The notes beneath the pieces were generated by a model. That model was given only the letters and a program-made list of their open reading frames with translations, was not told the origin of the DNA and made no database searches. A DNA stretch of 64,000 bases from Haliotis rufescens (taxonomy: Eukaryota): the NCBI RefSeq assembly GCF_023055435.1, contig NW_025963846.1, positions 29,078,001 to 29,142,000 of the forward strand, written 5' to 3'. The position numbers were made by a program, and so were the translations under genes. Positions 22,933 through 35,658 of this stretch are shown in pieces (positions within the stretch are counted from its first letter, which is position 1; every line of letters begins with the position of its first letter).

Positions 22933-25847
22933 ACTCTGTAAATCACTTGCTTGATAACGGTGTTAGAACCTACACCGAAACGTCGCTCTTAATTGTAATA
23001 AAGAAGTTGTTCATCCATAAATTCTTATCCTTACTTAGTACTCCAACTTCTAAATGCCTATCAAAGAAGTTACCTAGTCTATGAGACGTCACGGCCACGG
23101 TCGGACGTTGTTGACAGTCTGTCTTGTCATAACGTTAAGAAGTGCAGTCAGATGTACACACAGTGAAAAACGAAACAAGTTAACAATTCGATCATATTTC
23201 GGCCAAATCCAACTGTTTTAATTTGTGGAAAAGGTTCCAAGCCGCAGAGGTCTACAAGCACAGATATGGCTACTCATCCCGCTTGGCTAGGCCTCGTGCC
23301 CTCGCAAAATTGTTTCGAAATGTATATATCCAAAGTTGCTTAACTTATAAAATGCCTTAGCTACGTCACAGTTAGACAATGATTTTCAGTATATTAGACT
23401 GTTCTTTGGATAAAGATAGCAATTATCCCAGACGTTTCTCCAGATTTCCGATGGTTAATTCTGACTCGATCGCCGAATGACGAGGGCGACGCCATGTTTG
23501 TTTATAAACACTGAAAGTAGTCCCTACTTGACCTTTGATACTTGCATCTCTATCCGCATATGACCCCAACGGATATCGTTTTTATCCGTGGGATTATCCT
23601 CCCGAGAAACCTACCCATTATATGATAAATACAAGTATCCGCCCTAGAACTGTTGTTCTACTTGATACTTCTTGAATTGATAACACAAGTCCGTCTGAGG
23701 GTCCACAACATTTTATTGTGGGTGGGGGTGGTAGGGGGTGCTTCTGTCCAGCGCCGAGTTCGCCCGGCGCACACTTTACGGGACACACTGTATATTACAC
23801 GTGGCATATTGTATATTGCACTTGATAAACAGTATAATGCATGTAATATAATTTTCGATCGTGACAAACATGCCCTCATGCTTGTGAATGCGGCAGAGTG
23901 GAAAATCGATATGATTCCATCAAAACTGTATTGTTTGTAAACATTGTCTAATTGCTGAGCAATACTTATGACAGATGGACATTGGTTTAGAATTGGATTA
24001 GGTGTGATGTACAATGGGGGACTGCCTAAAAGTCGGGCCAAGAAAAGTCGGGGCGGGCCGGGCCGGGCCAGCGGGTAATACTAAAAATGGAATGCAGAAT
24101 AATAAAACGAAACATGCATATCTCGGCAGATCTCAAATGGCCAGAAACGGATAGTTTTGCTCATTTAATTGAGTTTGAATCAAAATGCATCTTCAGCAAT
24201 GTTATGAACTGATAACTATAGCTACATACCGAGAGTTCATACCGAAAAGTCAGTGTCTTGACTGTGTCTTTACTTTGATGAGAAGGTTTCTCACCGACCT
24301 TAGCGTGCAGGGGTGTGATGTCCTGGGCAGGAATTCGAAATGACAGTGTTTTAACTACTCTTCTTTCATTAATTAACGTGTTTGGCATACCTAATTAACC
24401 TTTACTAATTTATGTTAAACCAACACAGGATGTTTTCTGCAAGTGGATATTCGCGAATGTCATAGGACTGACACGACACGTGTTAATAACTGTCAAAGCG
24501 CTTCTAAAAATACAAAACATACTTTACATCTATAGACTAATTATAATATCATATCTACCTATATAACACTTAAGTGTCTCATATTGCAGTAGCAAACACG
24601 GTGCTCAAAAGTGAAGCCCTTTTCCCTCTACATTCTCTCTATCAGAAGTGTTTTGCTTGTGTTGGGTCCGACTTGGCCCGGGCGGTCAATATCAACTTTA
24701 AACACACAGATGTATCTTCAAATGTGTTTACATCTATAGATTAGTGTTATATCTACCTATATACCACTTTATAATGCCACGGTACATCGTATTCAAAAAA
24801 AAAAAGGGGCTCAAAGTGAAGCATTTTTACTATATTTTCTTAAGAAAATCTATGTCAGAAGTGTTCGGTCCGACTTGGCCCGGGCTGTCAAAATCATCTT
24901 AAACCTCACAGATATATCATCAAATGGATTCACATCTTTAGATGAGTATTATATCCACCTAAATACCACTTTATAGTGTCTCAGATCGCTGTACCTAAAG
25001 GAAACAAGGTGCTCAAAGTGAAGCCCTTTTTCCTCTACATTCTCAACATAGCCTCTATCAGAAGTGTTTGGCATGTGTTTAGTCCGACTTGGCCCGGGCG
25101 GTCAAAATCAACTTTAAACACACAGATGTATCTTCAAATGTGTTTACATCTATAGATTAGTGTTATATCTACCTATAAAACACTTTATAATGTCACGGTA
25201 CATCGTATTTAAAGTAAACAAGGGGCTCAAAGTGAAGCATTTTTACTGTATTTTCTTAAGAAAATCTCTGTCGGAAGTGTTCGGTCCGACTTGGCCCGGG
25301 CTGTCAAAATCAACTTAAACCTCACAGATGTATCATCAAATGGATTCGCATCTATAGATTAGTGTTATATCTACCTATATACTACTTTATAATGTCACGG
25401 TACATCGTATTTAAAGAAAACAAGGTGCTCAAAGTGAAGCCCTTTTCCCTCTACATTCTCAACATAGTCTCTATCAGAAGTGTTTGGCTTGTGTTGGGTC
25501 CGACTTGGCCCGGGCGGTTAAAATCAACTTTAAACACACAGATGTATCTTCAAATGTGTTTATTTCTTTGGATTAGTGTTATATCTACCTATATACCACT
25601 TTATAATGTCACGGTACATCGTATTTAAAGAAAACAAGATGCTCAAAGTGAAGCATTTTTACTGTATTTTCTTAAGAAAATCTATGTCAGAAGTGTTCGG
25701 TCCGACTTGGCCCGGGCTGTCAAAATCAACTTTAAACACAGATGTCGGACGATAACTCAAAGAAACCTGGTCTGTTAAAGTCGAGCACTTCGCTGAATCT
25801 TCTCAAGAAAATTTCACCAAATGTGTTGGAGTGAAGTATACTCTTTA

Positions 25848-26626
25848 CTTACTTACTTACTTACTTTGGAGATTTAACGTGCGCTTTCCGACTGATGCGT
25901 ATTTCGCACACGCGCCCGGCCAGGCCATTTAATGTGTTTCCGAAAGGGGCGAAAGTGGTCTGTGCAACCCAAGAGGGGGCTTTAGGGGTTGCTTATATAG
26001 AATTTGGGAATTTTGAGATTTGGAATAGAAGCCGATGGGGTTGGGGAGGAGAACTAAGGGAGCTGGGTGTGGTGGATGCTTGTTTGTTTATGTGATTTTG
26101 ATTTGGTAGGTTATTGTGTTTTTAGATGCGTTTTATTAGTTCCGTTTTGATTAAGAATACGCCTAAGGCCTTGAAGTTGTCTAGTTTATTTTGTGGGTTT
26201 AGTATTGCTTCTAGAGTGAGAGCCTTGTTTAGATTGAGGGTGGTTTGTAATGTGGTTCGATGTGTTAGGTATGTGTGTGCAGTGGATAAGTGCGTGTTCT
26301 GGGGTTTCTAGTTGTTTGCAGTGTGGGCAGTTACCTGTAGTGTGTTTTTTAAATTTGTTTTAGGTGGTTATTTAGGTTGGCGTGTCCTGTTTGGAGTTTA
26401 GTGATCACTCTGTCGATTTCTTTTGATGGATGGAGAATTTTTGGTTTGGTTAGTGGTTTGCTGAGCACTTTTTTGATTTGGCTATTTGAGTTTAGATATA
26501 GGTTATGCCATTTTTGTGATTTAATGCTTGTTTACACTTTTAATTTCTGATTTTGAGATGGGTAAGTTTAAGCTTATTTCTGGGATTTTCAGGGATAGTT
26601 TGGCTGCTTTATCGGCGTCTTCATTT
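25848..26626 (-). mobile_element. Shorter copy of the same I/Nimb LINE family (3' end)
   Basis: Reverse complement of ~22155-22930 with substitutions; (ACTT)n tail; TSD TACTCTTTA at 25839-25847 and 26627-26635. Confidence 0.92.
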
Positions 26627-27599
26627 TACTCTTTAAAGTGAAGCCTTTTTTTCATGGTATGTGCCTAGTCGGAAAATCCCTTGCTTTTACCTAATCCGTC
26701 GTGTGTTTTTTTCAAGGATCATACTCACAGGGTAACACTTGGAGAAGGTAAGGTGAGACACTTTGCATTTCAGGATAAACCTCTCCCTGAACCCTGCTTA
26801 ATGCTTCTATTATCTATGAGTGTGTTTAGGAAAACAGGATTATCTGAGACAGTTGTAATCTGCCATACCACGAGAATACGTGCTGCATCTCCGAGCAGCT
26901 CGTTCTGTGAAAATTTCATATTTGGCAAGGTGAGCGTATCCTGCACCACCTGTGGAACAAACACACGCAAAGGCAAGTTAGTTGTTAAACCCAAAAAATA
27001 CGAAAACGATAAGCACAAGTCAAAACAGAGAATTTCATCGGACATAACTCCATTTGCTACTTCTGTGGTAGTCACCAATCAACCCATTTATACTTCAAAA
27101 AATAGCTTTAACCCTTTTAAAGCTTTTGAGAAATTCAACAGTATGGTCTGACAAAGCAAGAAGCACAAATGGGGCATGTTTCGGCCAATGATTAGAGTAT
27201 TCTTGCAAGTCTAAGGGTCCAACAGGAGTTATTTCTGCGACATGCTATTTCAAAACCCAAAATTCAGAGGGATATATATGAAAAGAAAAATTGAAATAAT
27301 ACAAATATAAATTCCTTCCAGGTGAAGGCTATCACTTGAAATCAAATTAACAAAGCAGATTTTAGTCAATGACACATCTCTTGGGGTAGAAGTTCATCTC
27401 TGTCACCATGCTATGGTATTTCTGGAAAGGAAAGTTAACTTACAAAGTTGTAATATACGTTAAAGGCTTAATGTTGCTGATTAAGCGCAAAGATATAAAC
27501 TCTGACTGACTGCTCAGTAACATTCATGTAATATTAGTAATATTCAAATAAGTGTACTTGTTCTAGGTATGTGTGACGTGGGTACATATATATAAGCGT

Positions 27600-28528
27600 A
27601 TAGAAGAAACGTCAACAAACTTGTAACTATGTATAAAATAATAAATAAGCCATGTCCTTCATTTATAACTGATCTTATACCACCACTTGTGTCACAGAAG
27701 GTCAGTTATAATCTCAGAAACTGCCATGATTTTGTAGTTCCATTTGCACGGACATCTACGTTTAAAAGGTCTTATATTATAGATACATTAGGCCAACAGA
27801 ATAATCTATCGTCAGGAATTAGGGATAGTCCGTCAATATCTTATTTTAAAGCTGTCGCATCTGAGCAGCCTACATCACCACCTATGCACTATAATTGCGG
27901 TGAGAGATCTACAAACATATTGAACACTAGATTGAGACACAATTGTAGCACACTAAATTCCAACCTGTTTCGTGTTAATTATCTGATACTATTTCCTGTA
28001 AATGCGGAGCTCCTTTGTTAAAATTCATTCCATTTCTTCTTCCAATGTACCTTATATGATGATATTAGGGAGACATTACTGACAGCTATCGATAATCTTG
28101 GAGGACAAAAAAACTCTAATTTGTATTCTTTTTGTGATCCAACCTTAGATGTTTTCCTGAATACAAAAATATTCTTGTCTGTACACAAATTTATAGAAAC
28201 GAGTAACAGATTCAGAAGCTAGCATATTATGGTTTCCAAACTGTTAATCATTAATATTGTTTAATCTATATACAACACTAACGTGTATAATATTAGCTAA
28301 TGTATGGGATGCACACTGTCTTCACTTTCCAGCACATTTTACATATCCTTCATATGAGCACTGTATATATATTTATATTGCGCACTATGTTTCCACAATG
28401 TGATGCTTCAACTGTAAATTGTAAATTTTCATTATGCAATATTATGTATAACTGTATATAGGGTGAAAGTGGTAATAAGTGCTGCACTTGTGCCCAATCC
28501 CTTTGTCTTTGTGGACAATACAATATGT

Positions 28529-28558
<30 letters not shown>
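27600..28558 (+). mobile_element. CR1/L2-group LINE 3' fragment
   Basis: MYKIIN..P..L..YNLRN..FARTSTFKRSY..TRLRHNCSTLNSNLFR C-terminus; (AAT)n tail at 28530-28558. Confidence 0.8.
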
Positions 28559-28559
<1 letters not shown>

Positions 28560-30394
28560 GCAACCAATGTATTATGATCAGGATCCATTGGTATCCCTTC
28601 AGCAAGTGCGAATCAGGTCCTAACACATCTGTTTTGTCATGTATCACGCGCTATACAGTCGAACCTTTCATATGTGAAATGAATGGCAAAAATATGATTT
28701 ATGAAGTATCTACCAATTACTAATAAAATACATTGTGCTGTACAGACTAACACAGCATGCTGTGACAGCGCGCTGGTTTATTGAAACGGCTGATGAAATG
28801 CATATGTAGCCTAGTTTAGACTATAGACTTGTTTTGTGTACAGATGTGACGACGAGGTTGGGATAACCTGACACACATGAGCATTAATAGCCATGTTTAC
28901 CTGTACTAGTTGAGAGCCAAGGTTGAAGTCATTCATGTGTGAAAAATGTTGTCGAGGCATCTGTAAACGGCTAAAGAAATGCAAATGTAGCCTAGTTTAG
29001 AATATACACTTGCTTTGTGTACAGATGTGACGGCAAGGTAAGGGCAACCTGACACACATGAGCATTAAAAGCCATGTTTACCTGTACTTGTAGTTGACTG
29101 CCAAAAATGCTGTCGAGGCATCTGTACATCTTCTTTGTCGAATTGCATTATTAAAGTACATCAAGATGAGACATCATATACATTCATATATATTTGTTGA
29201 GCACGAAACCTTGAAGTGTAGCCAGGACATTTCCTCAAAACTATGGGCGGCCATGTAGCTTCAATATCTTATAAATTATATCACTGAACATAGGTCAAGG
29301 TGTATTCAGTAAACAAAGATCTGAAGGGCTGTATTTCCTTCATCGTACACACTATGCGTTCGTCACAGTTTGTGAAGGATTACGGATACGAACGAACTAG
29401 CACTTGTTTGGCAGGTAGGTTTTGTTAAGATTTGTTATCTTGTTCTCTCTCTACCCTCTACTTCCTTAATCACAATTTAAATCCTAAATAGACTTTCGGG
29501 CCCAACACTGTGGCAATTTTAGACCCTCTGTTTCTGTATTTACTTGAGCTCATTTCCCCTAAGGTTTTCACATCTCATAAGACTAAGCCATCAATCATGT
29601 TAAAGCTGTCTGACATGTTTCTTATGAACAGTTTATGAACCTAAACAATGTCCAAGTGACTTAAGCACAAAAATACGCGAACACTTCTGACACAGAATTT
29701 CTTAAGAAAATACAGTAAAAATGCTTCACTTGATGATACATCTGTGAAGTTTAAGTTGATTTTGATCGCCCGGGCCAAGTCGGACCCAACACAAGACAAA
29801 CACTTCTGATAGAGACTATGTTGAGAATGTAAAGGGAAAGGGCTTCACTTTGAGCACCTTGTTTTCTTTAAGTACATCGATCTGAGACACTATAAAGTGG
29901 TATTTAGGTAGATATAATACTAATCTATAGATGTGAATCCATTAGATGATACATCTGTGAAGTTTAAGTTGATTTGACAGCCCGGGCCAAGTCGTACCGA
30001 ACGCTTCTGACAGAGATTTTCTTAAGAAAATACAGTAAAAATGCTTCACTTTGAGCACCTTGTTTTCTTTAAGTTCAGCGATCTGAGACACTATAAAGTG
30101 GTATTTAGGTAGATATTATACTAGTTTATAGATGTGAAGTAATTAGCCAGTAACACTTTGGCCCGTCTTGGCCCGGCCCGGCCCGACTTTTAGGCAATGC
30201 CGTACAATGGTTTGCTGTGGACCACTTTTTTATTTAATAATGTACAATACGACTAACTAAATACATTGACATACATACATCCATGATACAGAATCAAGCA
30301 AATAAAAATACGAATGCTTACGCTGGTTTATAACAATAATTGGGCATCTGCAATGAGAAAAATGCCAGATACCACCAACAGTATGATTTGGAAC

Positions 30395-33300
30395 CAATTT
30401 TTTAGAATATTTGGCCATTCATTATAACATGATGATAGAAATGTTTGCCTCTCTCTTTTAAAAAATATACATCTGAATAAGTAGTGAAATTCATCAGCAA
30501 TAGATGGAGAATTACATAATATACAGGTTCTATTTTCCTTTGGAATATTTTTCCATCGGCCAGTCTCATTAGGTAAATTATGATTACAGGTTCGAAATCG
30601 TAGTATTGGAATTGATATGCGTTTTGGCAAAAGAAGATATTTATCAAGAACCGGAGTGTTCTTTAAATGCTTATAACATAATCCTTTAGAAACAGAATTA
30701 ACACCACTTCTCCATTTCTGAAAAAAAAATATATCTCTACGTATTTGCTCTACTTCTGACACCAGCCACTTTGTTGTGCAAATTGACGGATTGTTAAATA
30801 CATAAGATAATCCAATACTATCTAGTATATCCCTAACACATCTAACCCAGTGATTTGTTGATGCAATAGTCTTGTTTCTATTAAGTGACAAATATTGATA
30901 TAACAGCTGTGAAAGTTTATACACACCAGTTTGATATGTTAATTTGTGCCAGAAAGATATCATTCGTTTACAAATTATTATTCTTAATGGTAGCCTACCT
31001 AATTCGCCATATATCATATAAAGAGGAGTTGGATTTCTTAATCCTGTGATAAGTCTGAGGAATTTGAGGTGTATACTTTCTATAATTTCTACATTTTCAA
31101 AGCCTCAGATTTCTGAACCCTAAGTTAATATTGGTAATACCATCGTATCAAAGCTGATAATACACAGTCCAAAGGTAAATTTTAATTTCTTGATAATTTT
31201 ATCAGACAAAACATAGCTTTCGATGCACTTTGACTAAGGGAATAGTACAATTCCTGAATACATATAAGTGTCGACAATATCTAGGGTTTTATCAGAATAG
31301 TGAAATTTAAGTTTCAAATTTTTCAATGGGCCACCACCGAAAATCACAACTTTTGTTTTATTTATATTTACATGTAATTTCCACTCTCCACAATATTCAT
31401 TAAAAGAGTCTAAGGCTTTCTGTAAACCTTCTGGTTATTTATCAAATAATACAGCATCATCTGCATACAATAGAATTATGAATTGGATCCATACAATTAA
31501 GTCTTTATCTTCATCATAGTTGAGATTAACTCCTCCACACCCAGATGAAAGCAAAAAGGTTTCCACATCATTTATGAAAATTGAAAATAATAGAGGGGAT
31601 AGGTTTTCTCCCTGTCTGACACCTATATTACAAGGAAAGTAACCAGACATTTTATCATCACACTGTATCAGCGATTTGATATTTTTATACATATTTTGAA
31701 CTAACGTAAGAAATCTACCTTTGATGCCAATAGTCTTCATTTTCCTCCATAATCCGACCTGTTACACAGTGTCAAAAGCTTTAGTAAAGTCTATGAAAGC
31801 GCAGTATAATTTTTGTTTATTATATGTTAATATTTGCATAAGCATATAAATTACAAATATATTGTCAGCAGTTGTAAAAGATTTCCTGAATCCTGCTTGA
31901 GCAGGTGTTAGATTATTATTTTTATTTAAGAATTTAGTCAAACGGTTGTTTAAAATTCTGGTGAATAGTTTTCCCAAACAGCTAAGGATAGTGACAGGCC
32001 TATACGAGTTAGGATCCAGTGGGTCACCTTCTTTCTTGTAAATCGGTTTAATTATTCCCACTGACCAAGATTCTGGAAGTATACCCTTTTCAAATATCAG
32101 GTTAAATAGTTCAACTAACAAAGGGGTTAATAAATCAATACTATCCATAAAATAATCATTTTCTATATATTCAATACCGGATGCTTTATTTCTCTTTAGT
32201 TCTCTTACTGCTATCATAACTTTGTCAGATGTGACACCTCCATTTAAAGTTTCAGAGTCATATTGAGTATCCATAGTACATTGCTCCATTTCCGGGTCTT
32301 CTGAAGTTGTCTCATTCATCGATTTAAAAAAACTGGTAAAATACTTCAATTTCATCTAACATTTTCCAAAACTCTTTTGGAGAGTGTTAGTGTTTTTCTC
32401 TTAACATTTTACCTAAGATATCTTTATATTGTTTTATATGCTTATCCATACATCTTATAAGCCCTATATTCATATTTTAACAGGCGTTTATTATAATTAG
32501 AATTAAATCTTTTCAAGCGGCGTTTTGCTTTGTAAAAAACCTTTTCTAGCATTTATACATTCCTTTCCAAACCATGGTTTATTCATCTTACATTTCTTAC
32601 CGACACCCTGCCTCCGGGTCCGAAGGCATCGCGTGCAGCGTCTACCAGCACGTGCCCGGCCTCTTCAGTTATGTCATTGATCAGATGTGGGTCAGCTTGG
32701 CCTTGTCTAGCCACATGTGCTTTCCGAGTGAGAATGTTTATCCTTTCAGCATTTAAATGTTGTAGAAACCTGTTAGTTCTGTCTGTATTATAACGTTTTG
32801 GTCTAGGATGAGTATTTTGTACTGTATTTACTCCACACTGGATACCTACCGTTTGTTCTTGGAGTACAGTGGTGGCTTAAGAAAAAGACACTGGGCAGTG
32901 CACATCTGAATTCAGGGGTGAGAAATCTAAAATGGCTAAGTCAGTGAACAGAAGTAAGCACATGGGGGAGGCTAAAACACAGTCAACAACACTTACATCA
33001 TTACATGTTGTTTTACTACATTTTTATCCTGTCCCAGTCTACCATTACAGATGAATAAGTTAAGATTTTTACATATCTCTATTATTTTATTCCCTGAATT
33101 ATTAACCCTTGCATAATCTTGATTAGCCCTGACCTGTGGTATATTAAGTTTATCTAATAATTTATCAGGCTCAAATTCATTACACATATCATTTATATCA
33201 ATATCAAACTATCTGAGTACTTGCTTATTGAATATGGTATAATCACATAGCTGTTTAGTTCTTGCATTGAAGTCACCAATCAAGACAACATACTCACTCA

Positions 33301-33752
33301 AAGAGAGAAAAGGAAGTAAATTCTTTTCAATTTTATTGTATGTCTCACTTGTAAAGTAATTTGAATTTTCTGGAGGTAAATCTACTCTTCCCTAAAAACA
33401 AATCTTGTTTGGTGTCACATAGTGTCTTTGATATTTTTATCCACAGTACATATTCACATTCTTCTTCTTTTATAACTGATATGTATTTTTCCCAATCACA
33501 TCTTATTGCTACCCCGAGGCCACCTGAGCGTCTTATTGCTCCGTTCCTATGCTGAAAGTACAGTTTATAACCTGGTAATTGTAAATCATCTAGTGAATCA
33601 GTTTTGGTTTCCTAAAATCCTATGATACCCTTGTTTTTAATGAAATTGGTAAATTCTTGATATTCTAACTGCTTTCTAAGGCCACATATATTTAATGAAA
33701 GTAGTCTTAGGTGGTTGTGGTTACTTGCATTATAAACATTATCATTATCATT

Positions 33753-33793
<41 letters not shown>

Positions 33794-34070
33794 AACCATC
33801 ATTTTCAACAATTTCACTGTTATCATCTATACATTCATCAAAAACATCAACATTATCAGCATCGACAGTCATGCCCTCATTTTCTTGTACATTATCAGCA
33901 TCGACAGTCATGCCCTCATTTTCTTGTACATTATCAGCATCGACAGTCATGCCCTCATTTTCTTGCACATTATCAGCATCTACAGTCATGCCATCATTTT
34001 CTTGTACACTGGTGACAGTATGAACATTGTCACCAGTAGAGTGGATATCACTCATTTCACAGGCAAACTT
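30395..34070 (-). mobile_element. Decayed RTE-X-like LINE (APE + RT), frameshifted
   Basis: SLNICGL and GDFNART (APE); NSYRPVTILSCLGKLF, QAGFRK, FIDFTKAFDTV, GVRQGENLSP, LLYADD, IYGELGRLPL, CILC..DEFHYLFRC. Confidence 0.88.
33740..34010. repeat. (CAT)n microsatellite plus 39-bp minisatellite x4
   Basis: CATTATCAGCATCGACAGTCATGCCCTCATTTTCTTGTA repeats; minus strand reads VQENEGMTVDADN and poly-Asp just before the APE domain. Confidence 0.9.
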
Positions 34071-34697
34071 ATGCAGGGAGGGCATGGAGTGGGAGAACAA
34101 CAGTCATAACAGTCATTAATGGGGCAACGGCGATCGGAGGGAGTAGAGGCGGCAGGCTTGTGAAGAGTAGATTGGGAAAGCAAAGACGTATATAAGTCTT
34201 TGGGGAAATTGAGCCATGGGGTTTTGGTCATTTGCACCTTTAGATTTTCGGCGGATCCTCCAAGGAAAACAAGATTTACAGGCGGGCGTACCAGCAATTG
34301 AGTTAGTAGGTTTGAATGAAAAGAGAGACATTGATACCTTAAAACTTAACAAGAATGACAAAATTGTATTCACACTTACCCAGTGGAAATGAACACAAAA
34401 AAATCACTAAAAGTCACAAAGTCACTGACACATGGTAATGAGAGTTCAGTTGAATTGTTTTGCCTTTGATGAAGTCCTTGTTTTCGCATGTAGGGGTCGT
34501 TGTTCATGCGTTGCTTGCATCTGTGGAGTGGAGTCCAAGGGTACAAGTTGTTCTTCAGTATCCTTTTCACCTAGCTACAAAGTGTCTGAATTGTGGTTTC
34601 CGTGGCACCATTGACAACATTTTAAGCATTTGTCTGACGGGAATGGCTGGGACCTTCCACCGGCGATACCCAACCACACCAACCACACAGACACAAA

Positions 34698-35658
34698 CTA
34701 CAACAACCTAGAAAAAATATTATACAACCACCAGAAACCTGTATTCAGCTTTGAACAAACTTGTTCTGCTGTTGGGCGTCCATCTATATCTCCTTTTAAG
34801 GCTCCTTTGATGATGTCTCGCAGTCCCTGGTCAGCGACATGACGGAGTTCTATTTCCCCTGCCATCTCGGCCAGACGGCGTCCATTGTAGTAGGCAACTA
34901 GTTTGTTGTGGTCAAATTCCTGACGCAATAAAGCAAAGGCGATAGCGCCAAGAGAGAAAATATCACTTTTCTCTGTCAGAGCCGCTTCAGGGGGTGTAAA
35001 ACAAGTGTATCCTGTCCCATCGTCCCCGTGTTGTTGCCCACCTTCCCCGGCATGTGAAAAACAAGTGTTTCTGGTCCAATGCTCCCCGTCATGCTCTCCG
35101 TCGCGCTCTCCGTCACGTTTCCCGAATTGTCCCCCGTCATGTTGCCCATCTTCCCTGACATGTTCCTGCGTCAGGCGACGAGCTGCCGATCCAAATCCTC
35201 CTATTTTATAAACAGGTTTACCGCGTGACATCAGAACGTCCCCTCTCACTAGGATGTTTTCTGGCTGTATATTTCCGTGTATGATATCAATGTTATGGAG
35301 AAACCGTAAACCACTGGCAATGTCGATCATGACAGAACGACAGTCGACCTCGCCTAGAGGTCTGTTCATGGTTAAACGTCTACTCACATACTGGTCCAGG
35401 TTGCCCAACTGGCAATATTCAAAGGTCAATATGAAGCCATCTGCAGTAAAACCTTCACCAATCATCTTTACAATGTTTTTTCCATTCTGCGCATTTTAGT
35501 AGTATGTCCTTTTCGGTGGCTACACATCTTTGTGAACACACAAGTACTTTTTCAAGAACCGTTTCGCCACCCTTTCCACCCTTTCTCACTGTTGAGAACC
35601 GACCTTGGACAAGATCTGTTCGCGCAAATATTCTGAGTAGATGCCTTTGGGTATACAT
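34698..35658 (-). pseudogene. Pseudokinase subfamily C (A/B mosaic), frameshifted
   Basis: N-lobe start (DLVQGRFSTV..VLEK..TEKDIL) and remainder (HGNIQPEN, IGGFG, FTPPE, SDIFSLG) lie in different frames around 35480; TAG at the start of the hydrophobic tail. Confidence 0.8.

Larger units (their letters stand above)
18444..23628 (-). mobile_element. Second hairpin-ended element in the opposite orientation, hosting the Penelope and a LINE
   Basis: ~150-bp palindrome at 18446-18597; TTATCATATA/TATATGATAA subterminal inversion; paralogy with the kinase-unit spacer resumes at ~23660. Confidence 0.6.
24018..30201. mobile_element. Foldback/Mutator-like non-autonomous DNA element
   Basis: 22-bp TIR GG(G/C)A(C/T)TGCCTAAAAGTCGGGCC; 9-bp TSD GTACAATGG at 24009-24017 and 30202-30210; ~210-bp subterminal repeats at 24590-25740, inverted at 29680-30140. 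Confidence 0.85.

Noticed and set aside
26681-27151. Transposase or host gene ORF (156 aa on +, 102 aa on -)
   Set aside because: No recognisable motif, and the coding frame cannot be determined by eye.
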